This document shows, one piece after another, positions 9,819 through 18,718 of a DNA stretch of 64,000 nucleotides. The position numbers and the translations under genes are program-made. Each line of letters begins with the position of its first letter. Position 1 is the stretch's first letter. The notes under the pieces were generated by a model. It saw only the letters and a program-made list of their open reading frames with translations, had not been told where the DNA came from and did not search any database. The stretch comes from Myxococcota bacterium (GTDB lineage Bacteria; Myxococcota_A; UBA9160; UBA4427). The DNA lies in contig JAPKBZ010000009.1 of assembly GCA_028823175.1 (NCBI GenBank), positions 14,049 through 78,048 on the forward strand. The letters run 5' to 3'.

Positions 9819-10904
9819 GTGACCGACCCCACCGATCAGACCGCCCCCGCGTACGCGAAAGCAGGCGTCGATCTCGACCACGACGAATCCTTCATCGACG
9901 ACGTGAAGGAAATCGTCCGGGCTACCCATCGTCCGGAGGTCCTGTCGTCCATCGGCGGATTCGCGGGGCTCTTCAAGACCCCCGACCGTTACAAGAACCC
10001 CGTCATGGTCGCCGCCACCGACGGCGTGGGCACGAAAATTAAGCTGGCGGCCCAGATCGGTCGTTTCGACACGATTGGGGTCGACTGCGTCGCCATGGTG
10101 GTCAACGACCTCGTCGTCCAGGGCGCCGAGCCCCTCGTCTTTCTCGACTATCTCGCCATGTCCAAGCTCGATAAGAAAGTGGCCGCGGATGCCCTTCGGG
10201 GCCTCGCCGAGGGCTGCCGGCGCTCGGGCTGTGCCCTCCTCGGCGGGGAAACCGCAACCATGCCCGGGGTCTACGCCGACGGGGACCTCGAAATGGTCGG
10301 TTTCTCGGTGGGCGTGGTGGAGCGGGACGCCATCATCGACGGCTCCAGCATCAGCGAGGGGGACGCCCTGATCGGCATGGCCTCGAGCGGCTTTCACAGC
10401 AACGGCTATTCCCTTGTCCGGAGCGTTCTCGACCGGGGCATCGAGTCCGGCGAACTTGACCTCTTCGGCACCTACCCGGAACTCAAGAGCAGCCTGGCAA
10501 GCGCACTCCTAGCCCCGACGAGAATCTACGTGAAGCCGATCCTCAACCTGCTCCGGGATTTTACGGTCAACGGGCTCTGCCACATCACCGGTGGGGGGTT
10601 TCTGGGCAATATCCCGCGAGTCCTCCCGCGGGGCGTTCGGGCCCGCATCAACCCCGGGAGTTGGCCGCGTCCCGGGGTCTACGACTGGATCAACCGCTAC
10701 AGCGACTTGGACGAGAGCGAACTGCTCCGGGTCTTCAACTGCGGCATCGGCATGGTGGTCGTCACCCCGCAAGAGCAGGCGGCCGACGTTTGCCAGCGCC
10801 TCGAGGGTCTCGGAGAGCGCGCCTACCTGATCGGACGGGTCGAACGCAAGGAGCCCGAGGAACCCGACCTCTTGATGGACCCGGACTTCGGACCCGCTGC
10901 CTGA
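9819..10904 (+). CDS. purM: Phosphoribosylformylglycinamidine cyclo-ligase (AIR synthetase)
   Basis: 361 aa with YAKAGVDLD..GGFAGLF..VAATDGVGTKIKLA..VNDLVVQGAEPLVFLDY..GGETATMPG. The start codon is GTG. Confidence 0.96.
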   Translation: MTDPTDQTAPAYAKAGVDLDHDESFIDDVKEIVRATHRPEVLSSIGGFAGLFKTPDRYKNPVMVAATDGVGTKIKLAAQIGRFDTIGVDCVAMVVNDLVVQGAEPLVFLDYLAMSKLDKKVAADALRGLAEGCRRSGCALLGGETATMPGVYADGDLEMVGFSVGVVERDAIIDGSSISEGDALIGMASSGFHSNGYSLVRSVLDRGIESGELDLFGTYPELKSSLASALLAPTRIYVKPILNLLRDFTVNGLCHITGGGFLGNIPRVLPRGVRARINPGSWPRPGVYDWINRYSDLDESELLRVFNCGIGMVVVTPQEQAADVCQRLEGLGERAYLIGRVERKEPEEPDLLMDPDFGPAA

Positions 10905-12313
10905 TGCGCCGCCTCGCTCGCGTCCCGGATAGCGCGAGGCTCCGGGCCCGGCGTTGGGATGCCATCGTCGTGGGCAGCGGAATTGCGGCCCTGACGGCGG
11001 CTACCCGCATCGGAAGTTCGGGCCAGCGTGTCCTGGTCGTCGAGGAAGATGCCGCCCGGGGACTTCACCCCGCCCTGCGCGAACCGTTTTTCCTGGCGGG
11101 CTCCCGAGACGGCGGCATCCTCGACGCCTGCGTTCGCGAACTCAGCATCCCCCTGCTTGACCGTCGGCGCCTCGGGCCCGAGCGCCTGGCCTACCAGGTC
11201 ACGGGCCCGGAACTGCGTCTGGACGTCGGCGCCGCCGACATCACCGGCGAGGAACTGGCGCGTTGGGGGCTGTGCAGCCGAGCGGACGCGGCCGGCATGA
11301 TGCGCGCCCTGGCCGAGGCCACCGAGGCCGAGCGCAAGGCGATGCTGACCTCCCCCCTGGTACGGGTGGGACGGCGCCTGGGGCTGGGGCGAGCCGGCGC
11401 CACCGGCTCCCACTTCCGCGGCCTGCCCGAGGAGGTCTCCCGCCCGGACGCACGCCTGGGGCCGATTCTCGACGCCCAGGTCTCGGCCCTCAGCAATCTG
11501 GCCAGCGACGACGTCACCCCCGAGGCCCGAGTCCGGCTTCTCGGCTGTGCGCTCTCCGGCGGCGTGGGCTTCGGCGACGGCCCTCCCTGGTTGTCGGGAC
11601 TCCTGCGCAAGCGTGTGGAAGACGTACACGGCGAGTTCCGCTCGGTCGCCCGGGGTTTTAACCTCGTCTCCGTCGACAATCGCCCCGGCGTTCTGGTCGA
11701 GGACACTGAGGAGGTCTGGCTCGGCCGAAGCCTCGTCGTGGCTGCGGCGCCGGGTGCGCTGCGCCCGGTCCTGAATCCCGAAGACACGCCCGATTTCCTC
11801 GCCGTCGATCGGCCCCTCTGCCGCCGGATCGGCCTGCATCTTCAAATCGACCGCGACGTCCTGCCCCGGGGCATGTGCCCCCGGGTGATCTCCCTGGGAA
11901 ACGGCGCCAAGGCCGCACCCGGCGGCCCCTTCTCGGGCAGGGTCGCGAGCATCACCGCCTATGCCAATCCCAACAGCACCTCCCACTTCGATCTAATTGC
12001 CCGTATGCGGCTGAGCCCAGGCGAAAGCAGCGAGGCCGTCGAGGACGAACTCGAGAGCCGCGTCCGCGAGTTAATGCCCTTTGCCGGGGAGCGAATCCAA
12101 CGGCGCCCCCAGCGGCGGCCCGTCTGGGACGATGACGGCTGGCTCGAGGACCCGGCGCCGGGAACCGGTTGGCCGGCCGAACTCGATATCCGCGCCCTGG
12201 CCAAGCCGTCGGTCTACCTAATGGACCGAGCCGCCACCGCGAATCTGGGCCTCGAGGGGGATCTCCTGCTCGGCTGGCGGTCCGGGGACGCCATCGCGAA
12301 GTCACTCCAATGA
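10904..12313 (+). CDS. NAD(P)/FAD-dependent oxidoreductase (phytoene-desaturase-like fold), function unknown
   Basis: The ATG at 10904 overlaps the purM stop codon (TGATG). The N-terminal WDAIVVGSGIAALTAATRIGSSGQRVLVVEE is a dinucleotide-binding motif. The track ORF that starts at 10661 is an upstream extension lying inside purM. Confidence 0.75.
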   Translation: MRRLARVPDSARLRARRWDAIVVGSGIAALTAATRIGSSGQRVLVVEEDAARGLHPALREPFFLAGSRDGGILDACVRELSIPLLDRRRLGPERLAYQVTGPELRLDVGAADITGEELARWGLCSRADAAGMMRALAEATEAERKAMLTSPLVRVGRRLGLGRAGATGSHFRGLPEEVSRPDARLGPILDAQVSALSNLASDDVTPEARVRLLGCALSGGVGFGDGPPWLSGLLRKRVEDVHGEFRSVARGFNLVSVDNRPGVLVEDTEEVWLGRSLVVAAAPGALRPVLNPEDTPDFLAVDRPLCRRIGLHLQIDRDVLPRGMCPRVISLGNGAKAAPGGPFSGRVASITAYANPNSTSHFDLIARMRLSPGESSEAVEDELESRVRELMPFAGERIQRRPQRRPVWDDDGWLEDPAPGTGWPAELDIRALAKPSVYLMDRAATANLGLEGDLLLGWRSGDAIAKSLQ

Positions 12314-12332
12314 GGCGGTCCGACGGCCCCGG

Positions 12333-13103
12333 CTAGCCGGGCTGGTCGCGATTCCAGCGAACGCAATCCGCGTAGCGCACCCCCGCCCCACCGAAGAGGT
12401 CCAGGGCGCTCCCAAAGGTGAGGTCGACGCGCCCCTGGGACAGGGATTCGACGCGGGCGAGATCGTCAAGCGCCCTTCCCCCCCCGGCGTAGGTGCAAGG
12501 CAGGGAAGAAATCTCGGCCAAGTGCGCGACCAACGCCTCATCGATACCCGCCTGGCGACCCTCCACGTCGGCCGCGTGCACCAGGAATTCGCTGCACGAG
12601 TCGGCCAGCGCCATCAGGGTGGCCGCATCCACCGGGGTCTCGGTCACGGTTTGCCAGCGGTCGGTGGCCACCCACCAGCCGTCGCTCCTCCGGCGGCATG
12701 AGAGGTCGATCACCAGCCGCTCGGGCCCCACGCGGCGAGCCATGGCCTCTACCCGGGGCATCGACAGTCGACCCGCCTCGAAGAGCCAGCTGGTCACGAT
12801 CAGCTTGGCCGCCCCGGCTTCCAGCCATTCCTCGGCGTTCTCTTCGCGTATTCCGCCCCCGAGTTGCAGTCCCCCGGGCCAGGCCGCCAGGGCATCCCGG
12901 GCCGCGGACTCGTTGCCCGACCCCAGGGAGATGACATGCCCACCGAGAAGCCCATCCTCGCGATAGCGCCGCGCGAAATGCCCCGCGCCCTGATCGGCCA
13001 CAAAATTGGTTTCGGGCGTCGACCCATCGTCACGCAAGCTGCCCCCCACGATCTGCTTGACGCGTCCTTCGTGGAGATCGATACAGGGTCTGAATGCGGT
13101 CAC
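12333..13103 (-). CDS. hisA: ProFAR isomerase, His6/eukaryote-type HisA
   Basis: 256 aa. It matches yeast His6 along its length from memory: CIDLHEGRVKQIVGG, LQLGGGI, LIVTSWLF, LVIDLSCRR, WWVATDRWQT, EFLVHAADVEG, YAGGG, GRVDLTFGSALDLFGG and CVRWN. Confidence 0.85.
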   Translation of the reverse strand: MTAFRPCIDLHEGRVKQIVGGSLRDDGSTPETNFVADQGAGHFARRYREDGLLGGHVISLGSGNESAARDALAAWPGGLQLGGGIREENAEEWLEAGAAKLIVTSWLFEAGRLSMPRVEAMARRVGPERLVIDLSCRRRSDGWWVATDRWQTVTETPVDAATLMALADSCSEFLVHAADVEGRQAGIDEALVAHLAEISSLPCTYAGGGRALDDLARVESLSQGRVDLTFGSALDLFGGAGVRYADCVRWNRDQPG

Positions 13104-13180
13104 TCGCGCAGTCTACCCAGCCCGCACCCGGGGCCCCACTCCGGGCGCGCCGATCGAAAACCGACGGGTCCGAGGCCGGG

Positions 13181-13981
13181 CTAGCCGATCCGGGCGCTCT
13201 GCCCTCCATCCACGGGCAAAAGCACCCCGGTGATGAATTTCGCCTCATCCGAGGCCAGGAAGAGCGCCGCGTAAGCGACATCCCAGGCCGACCCCATCCG
13301 GCCGCCCAGGGGGACCTGGGCATCGCGTCGAGCGATCAGGTCGGGCTTGGCCATGCCCGTGGCCTGGGAGATTCCCTCGATCGCCATCGGGGTCTCGATC
13401 AGGCCCGGCAAGATGGCGTTCGCCCGGATGCCGTACCGGGCATTCCCCACGGCCAGGGACTGGGTATAGGCGTTGATCGCGGCCTTGGAGGCCTTATAGG
13501 CGACCTGGGGTGTGGAGCACGTCGCCGCGATGGACGAGATATTGGTGATCACCCCGGATCCCTTCGCGCGCATTACGGGCAGGACATGCTTGCAGGGCAG
13601 CACCACACTCTTGAGGTTCACCGCGAGGATGCGATCCCAAGCCGCCTCGTCGAGATGGGCGGGCCCCGCATCCCCGTCGCCGATTCCCACATTATTGTGC
13701 AGGATATCGACGCCGCCAAAACGCTCGACGCACTCGGTCACCAGGCTCCGACAATCTTCTTCCAGCGTCGCGTCCGCGCCCAGTGCCCAGGCCTCGCCCC
13801 CCTCGGCCTCGATTCTCGCCACGGTTTCCTGGGCGGATTCGAGTCGCCGATCGATGGCCAGCACCCGCGCCCCCTCCCGGGCGAAGAGCATGGCCGTGGC
13901 CCGACCGTTTCCCAGGCTGTCGCCCGGGGTCTGGCCGGCCCCCACGACGATCGCGACCCGGCCCGCCAACCGCCCCCTCAT
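13181..13981 (-). CDS. SDR-family oxidoreductase
   Basis: The internal ATG at 13981 forms an ATGA overlap with the upstream stop codon. Motifs are VGAGQTPGDSLGNG, NNVG and YKASKAAI (catalytic YxxxK). The 313-aa track ORF is an over-extension. Confidence 0.88.
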   Translation of the reverse strand: MRGRLAGRVAIVVGAGQTPGDSLGNGRATAMLFAREGARVLAIDRRLESAQETVARIEAEGGEAWALGADATLEEDCRSLVTECVERFGGVDILHNNVGIGDGDAGPAHLDEAAWDRILAVNLKSVVLPCKHVLPVMRAKGSGVITNISSIAATCSTPQVAYKASKAAINAYTQSLAVGNARYGIRANAILPGLIETPMAIEGISQATGMAKPDLIARRDAQVPLGGRMGSAWDVAYAALFLASDEAKFITGVLLPVDGGQSARIG

Positions 13982-14523
13982 CGCCGGGGCAACTCGGGCA
14001 ATCCGGCGTCGGGCTGGACTCCCACGGAGTTCAGCACCATGGAGACCAGGTTGTATTGCCCTGCGGTAAAAATCAGGTCCATCAACTGCTGCTCGGAGTA
14101 GATCTCGGCAAGGGCCTGCCAAGTGGGGTCGCTCAAAAAGGCATCCGCGCGCAGTTCATCGGTGGCCCGCAGCAGCCAGCGGTCGGCGTCCGACCAACCC
14201 TCGGCTTCGGGTCCGTCGGCGATCCTCTCGATTTCCTCGTCCGTCAACCCCGAGGCCCGGCCGATCAGCACATGCTGTCCCCACTCGTAGCCGGCCTGGC
14301 AGAGCCAGCCCATGCGCAGGATCACCAACTCGCGTTCCCGGGCCGGGAAAGTGGATTTTCCCAGAATATGGTTGGCAAAAACCATCCACCGCTTGGCGAG
14401 CTCGGGGTGGCGTGCGAGAGTCCTGAAAATATTCAGGACCGGGCCATCTCCAAAACGAATCCGCATCTCTTCAGGGAGTTCCCCCTCATCTAGGGGCGTG
14501 ATTCGCGGCGTATTCATTCTCAT
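13978..14523 (-). CDS. Carboxymuconolactone decarboxylase / AhpD-like family protein
   Basis: The start MRMNTPRITPL at 14523 is preceded by GGAGGAGGA. The sequence RERELVILRMGWLCQAGYEWGQHV is typical of the CMD/AhpD-like fold. Confidence 0.75.
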   Translation of the reverse strand: MRMNTPRITPLDEGELPEEMRIRFGDGPVLNIFRTLARHPELAKRWMVFANHILGKSTFPARERELVILRMGWLCQAGYEWGQHVLIGRASGLTDEEIERIADGPEAEGWSDADRWLLRATDELRADAFLSDPTWQALAEIYSEQQLMDLIFTAGQYNLVSMVLNSVGVQPDAGLPELPRR

Positions 14524-14696
14524 CTTTGTCCTCCTCCTCGGCTTCCCCGCTGGAACAGGGACCTTCGGATGCCTAATATAGCCGCCGTAAATGGATCGAC
14601 GACGGAACCGACAGGCCGTCGCCCGACTCCAAGGCCGCAAACGACCGCCCGCCCAAAAGCCCACCACCGAATTCAGCATTCTGAGAGGAAGAGAGA

Positions 14697-15686
14697 ATGA
14701 CCCAGGAGATTGGCCAGTCCCCCGTCGACGAGAAGCTCCAAAAACTCTGTCCGGCGATCCAGGGAGAAATCGGGAAGGTCCTCGTGGGCCAGGATGAAAT
14801 GGTCAGGAGCCTGCTCGTGGGGCTCCTCTGCGGCGGACACGTTCTGCTCGAGGGGCTGCCTGGACTCGCGAAGACCTTGGCGATCCAGTCCCTCTCCCGA
14901 ACGATCGACACCCAGTTCTCGCGCATCCAGTTCACCCCGGACATGCTGCCCGCCGACGTGATCGGCACCCAGATTTTCAACCCCGGCAAGGGCACATTCA
15001 GCGTCAAGCAGGGGCCGATCTTCGCCAACCTCGTGCTCGCCGACGAAATCAACCGCGCTCCCGCCAAGGTCCAGGCCGCCCTGCTCGAAGCCATGCAGGA
15101 GAAGCAGGTCACCATCGGAGGAGAGACTTTCCCCCTCCGCGAACCCTTCCTCGTCCTCGCCACCCAGAACCCCATCGAGCAGGAGGGGACCTACCCGCTC
15201 CCCGAGGCTCAGGTCGACCGTTTCATGCTCAAGGTCAAGGTCGGATACCCGAGCGCCGAGGAGGAGAGGCGCATCCTCGATCGCATGGCCAGTGGCCAAC
15301 CGATCCCCGAGGTCCAGCACGTGGCCGATGCCAGCGATATTCTCGCGGCCCGAGCCACCGTGGATCAGCTCTTCGTCGATGAGAAGGCGCGCAACTACAT
15401 CGTGGACATTGTCCAGGCGACCCGAAGCCCGGGAAAAGCCGGCCTCACCGACCTCGAAGGGCTGATCGAGCACGGAGCCAGTCCCCGGGCGAGCATCGCC
15501 TTGATGAAGGCCGCCAAGGCCCACGCCTTCATCCAGGGGCGAAGCTATGTCACCCCCCACGACATCCAGAGCACCGTGCCCAATGTCCTGCGCCATCGGG
15601 TTGCCGTGAGCTACGAAGCCGAGGCCGAGGGCATCAGCCCTGAGGATGTCATCCAGAAAATCATCGACACCCTGCTGGTGCCCTGA
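14697..15686 (+). CDS. MoxR-family AAA+ ATPase
   Basis: 329 aa with HVLLEGLPGLAKT (Walker A), LADEINRAPAKVQAALLEAMQE and LVLATQNPIEQEGTYPLPEAQVDRF. It is preceded by GAGAGGAAGAGAGA. Confidence 0.95.
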   Translation: MTQEIGQSPVDEKLQKLCPAIQGEIGKVLVGQDEMVRSLLVGLLCGGHVLLEGLPGLAKTLAIQSLSRTIDTQFSRIQFTPDMLPADVIGTQIFNPGKGTFSVKQGPIFANLVLADEINRAPAKVQAALLEAMQEKQVTIGGETFPLREPFLVLATQNPIEQEGTYPLPEAQVDRFMLKVKVGYPSAEEERRILDRMASGQPIPEVQHVADASDILAARATVDQLFVDEKARNYIVDIVQATRSPGKAGLTDLEGLIEHGASPRASIALMKAAKAHAFIQGRSYVTPHDIQSTVPNVLRHRVAVSYEAEAEGISPEDVIQKIIDTLLVP

Positions 15687-15708
15687 AGAACTCGGCGGAA
15701 GAACGATC

Positions 15709-16677
15709 ATGCTGGCCACGGAAATCATGCGGCGCGTCCGCGAGATTCAGGTGCGGACAGGTCGCCAGGTGGCGGATGTCCTGGCGGGGGAATACGTCTC
15801 GGTCTTCAAGGGAAGCGGGATCGAGTTCGACGAAGTGCGCGCCTACACACCCGGGGATGATATTCGCAGTATCGACTGGAACGTAACCGCCCGCATGGGT
15901 GAACCCTTCGTCAAGCGCTACGTCGAAGAGCGTCAACTGACCCTGATGTTGATGGCCGACATTTCAGCCTCCCAGGATTTCGGCTCAAGCGAGCGATCGA
16001 AGCGCGAATGCGCCGCCGAATTTTGCGCCCTACTCGCCTTCTCGGCGAGCCGAAACGACGACAAGGTCGGCCTGCTTCTCTTCCACAGCGATATCGAGCA
16101 GTACATCCCTCCGCGCAAGGGGCAAAAGCACGCCCTGCGCGTGGTCCGTGAAGTTCTCGCCCACGGCGAGGAGACGTCGCCTCTCGACAAGCACGAAAAC
16201 CCCAAGCGACCAAGCCTCCGAGAGCGCTTCTTCCGTGGACGGCGGCGGTTGCGCGCGCCCCGGGAGGGCACACAGATCGCCCGGGCCCTCGAATTCTTCC
16301 TCTCCATCAACAAGCGGCGCAGCGTCTGCTTCGTTGTGAGCGACTTTATCGATGAGGACTACGAACACGCCCTCCGAACCGCGAACCGAAAACACGACGT
16401 CGTCGCGGTGCTGATCACCGACCCCCGAGAACTCGAAATCCCTGCGGTCGGCCTGGTCACACTCCGGGACGCCGAAACCGGAGCCACCCGGGTGGTCGAC
16501 GCCGGTTCCGGAAATTTCCGAAAGACGGTCCGAGAGCAGGCGACGAAACGGGTCGATGATCTCCGCAAGCGCCTCGCCTCCTCGGGCATCGACCTGATCC
16601 ACGTCGACGCAGCGGGGTCGGTGGTCGACCCTCTCGTGCGTTTTTTCCGGGCTCGGGAGCGCCGAACTCGGAGATGA
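15709..16677 (+). CDS. DUF58-domain protein (MoxR partner, VWA-like fold)
   Basis: The ATG is at 15709. The sequence GSGIEFDEVRAYTPGDDIRSIDWNVTAR is the DUF58 hallmark. Its position directly after moxR is the standard arrangement. Confidence 0.9.
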   Translation: MLATEIMRRVREIQVRTGRQVADVLAGEYVSVFKGSGIEFDEVRAYTPGDDIRSIDWNVTARMGEPFVKRYVEERQLTLMLMADISASQDFGSSERSKRECAAEFCALLAFSASRNDDKVGLLLFHSDIEQYIPPRKGQKHALRVVREVLAHGEETSPLDKHENPKRPSLRERFFRGRRRLRAPREGTQIARALEFFLSINKRRSVCFVVSDFIDEDYEHALRTANRKHDVVAVLITDPRELEIPAVGLVTLRDAETGATRVVDAGSGNFRKTVREQATKRVDDLRKRLASSGIDLIHVDAAGSVVDPLVRFFRARERRTRR

Positions 16678-17699
16678 AACCGCCCCTGCCCAAACAACGC
16701 GTCCGCAAGCAACTCGGAAAACTCGTCGCCGTGCTCGCCCTCTCGTGCCTCGCGCCCGAATCGGCTCCGGCCCTAGAGACCCGCGCCGTCTCCGGGCCGG
16801 TCGAAATCCGGGTGGAACTCTCCCCCGACCAACCCGTGATCGGCGATCCCATCACCCTGCGAATCGAGGCCATCGCAGAACCCGACGTCGAAATCCTGAT
16901 GCCCGCTTTCGGGGAGGCCCTCGATCGCTTCCGAATCGTCGATTTCGTTCCCCGGGAGAGCCTGACGGAAGACGGCAAGACCCTGCACAGCCAACGCTAC
17001 ACCCTCCAGGCCCCGGCTTCCGGAGAACATCTCCTCCCCCCAATCTTGCTCGAGTTCATCGATCATCGCCCCGGACACCCGGCAGCCCCCGACGAACTCG
17101 ATGCCTACGAAATTCTCACTGAGAGCATCCCCTTCGCGATCGAATCCATGGTGCCCGATAGCGCGAGCGCCGACCTCAGCCCGCCCATGGAGAAACTCGA
17201 CCCGATCGGCAGCGACCGCACAGCCTGGGAATGGCTCGCCGCAGCCGCGTTCGTTCTTGGGCTCGCGGGCTTCTTCGGCTTCCGAGCCTGGCAGCGTTGG
17301 TCGCTCAACGCGGCCGTTCGAAGTGCCTGGGACATGGCCAACTCCGAGCTTGAGATGTTACTCGCCAGCCCGCTTCCCCGAGGCGAAAGGGTCAACGAAT
17401 TCTTCGTTGACCTCTCCGGCATCGTCCGGCGATACCTCGAGAATCGTTTTTCCCTCAGGTCTCCCGAGTTGACCACCGAGCGCTTCCTCGAAGAAGTGAT
17501 CGCCTCGCCCGAGTTGGGAGCCGAACACCAGGTCCTGCTGAAGGATTTCCTGAATCAATGTGACCTCGTGAAATTCGCTCACCACGTGCCCTCCCCCGAA
17601 GCCATTCGGGAAACCACCCAAAAGGCGAAACGCTTCATCGACGAAACCCGGGAATTTGATGAAGACGAATCGGGCTCCCGGGACGAGGTGGCAGCGTGA
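16674..17699 (+). CDS. Bat-operon membrane protein: signal peptide, BatD-like N-domain, one TM helix, DUF4381-like C-domain
   Basis: 341 aa. ATGA overlap with the DUF58 gene. It has a signal-like N-terminus, a central TM helix (WEWLAAAAFVLGLAGFFGFRAW) and a helical C-terminal region, in the position DUF4381 proteins hold in Bat operons. Confidence 0.6.
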   Translation: MKPPLPKQRVRKQLGKLVAVLALSCLAPESAPALETRAVSGPVEIRVELSPDQPVIGDPITLRIEAIAEPDVEILMPAFGEALDRFRIVDFVPRESLTEDGKTLHSQRYTLQAPASGEHLLPPILLEFIDHRPGHPAAPDELDAYEILTESIPFAIESMVPDSASADLSPPMEKLDPIGSDRTAWEWLAAAAFVLGLAGFFGFRAWQRWSLNAAVRSAWDMANSELEMLLASPLPRGERVNEFFVDLSGIVRRYLENRFSLRSPELTTERFLEEVIASPELGAEHQVLLKDFLNQCDLVKFAHHVPSPEAIRETTQKAKRFIDETREFDEDESGSRDEVAA

Positions 17700-18718
17700 T
17701 CAGCAGCCTCGATTTTCGCGACCCCGTCTTCCTCGTCTTTCTCGCCCTAGCGCCCCTAGTCTTCGTGCTCGCCCGGCGGACGAATGCGCGAGTGGATTTC
17801 TCCAGTCTCACCCTCCTCGCTGACAGCCCCGAATCTTGGCGGACTCGCTTGCTCATCGTGCCCCCACTCCTACTCGCGGTGGCGGCGGCGGCCCTCGCCA
17901 TCGCCCTGGCGGGCCCCCGGCAGGGGGAGGCCAACACCCAGGTCTACCGCGAGGGCATCGCCATCATGCTGGTGGTCGACCGCTCGGGCTCGATGAACGC
18001 CCGAGATTTCGTCCAGGGTGACCAGAGCATCGATCGCCTCCAGGTTGTCCAACAGGTCCTCGGTCGTTTCCTGGGAACCGAAGACGGGAGCCTTGGGCGC
18101 CCCGACGACCTCGTCGGCCTGGTGACCTTCGCCCGCTACGCGGATAGCGTGGCTCCCCTGACCCTCGATCACTCAAATCTGATTGAGATTCTCGGGGACG
18201 TCTCGATCGTCACCGACCCGGACGAGGACGGAACGGCCGTGGGCGAGGGGCTCGCCCTCGGGGTCGAGCGACTGCGCCGCCACAAGGCAAAGAGCAAGGT
18301 CATCATCCTGCTGACCGATGGCGTCAGCAATATCGGAGACATCTCGCCCGGCCAGGCGGCAGACCTAGCCGCCGCCAACAACATCAAGGTCTACGCCGTG
18401 GGGGCCGGACGTACGGGGTACGCCCCCTTCCCCGTCGAGTGGAGGGGCAAAACGGTTCTGCGCAAGGCCTATGTGGAACTCGACGAACGAACCCTCGAGG
18501 ACATCGCTCAGCGCACCGCAGGTCAATACTTTCATGCGGAAAATATCGACGGCCTCGCCCAAGTCTACGAAGAGATCGATGAACTCGAGCGCAGCGAAAT
18601 CGTCGAGGTCCGCTACATGCAATACGAGGAGTTCTTCGCCTACTTCGCCTGGACGGCCCTGGTCCTGATTATGCTGGCAACCCTCATCGGCCAGAGTCTG
18701 CTGCGGAGGCTCCCTTGA
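17696..18718 (+). CDS. VWA-domain membrane protein (BatA-like)
   Basis: 340 aa with an N-terminal TM pair, a VVDRSGSM MIDAS motif, a VWA fold and a C-terminal TM helix. GTGA overlap with the previous gene. Confidence 0.9.
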   Translation: MISSLDFRDPVFLVFLALAPLVFVLARRTNARVDFSSLTLLADSPESWRTRLLIVPPLLLAVAAAALAIALAGPRQGEANTQVYREGIAIMLVVDRSGSMNARDFVQGDQSIDRLQVVQQVLGRFLGTEDGSLGRPDDLVGLVTFARYADSVAPLTLDHSNLIEILGDVSIVTDPDEDGTAVGEGLALGVERLRRHKAKSKVIILLTDGVSNIGDISPGQAADLAAANNIKVYAVGAGRTGYAPFPVEWRGKTVLRKAYVELDERTLEDIAQRTAGQYFHAENIDGLAQVYEEIDELERSEIVEVRYMQYEEFFAYFAWTALVLIMLATLIGQSLLRRLP

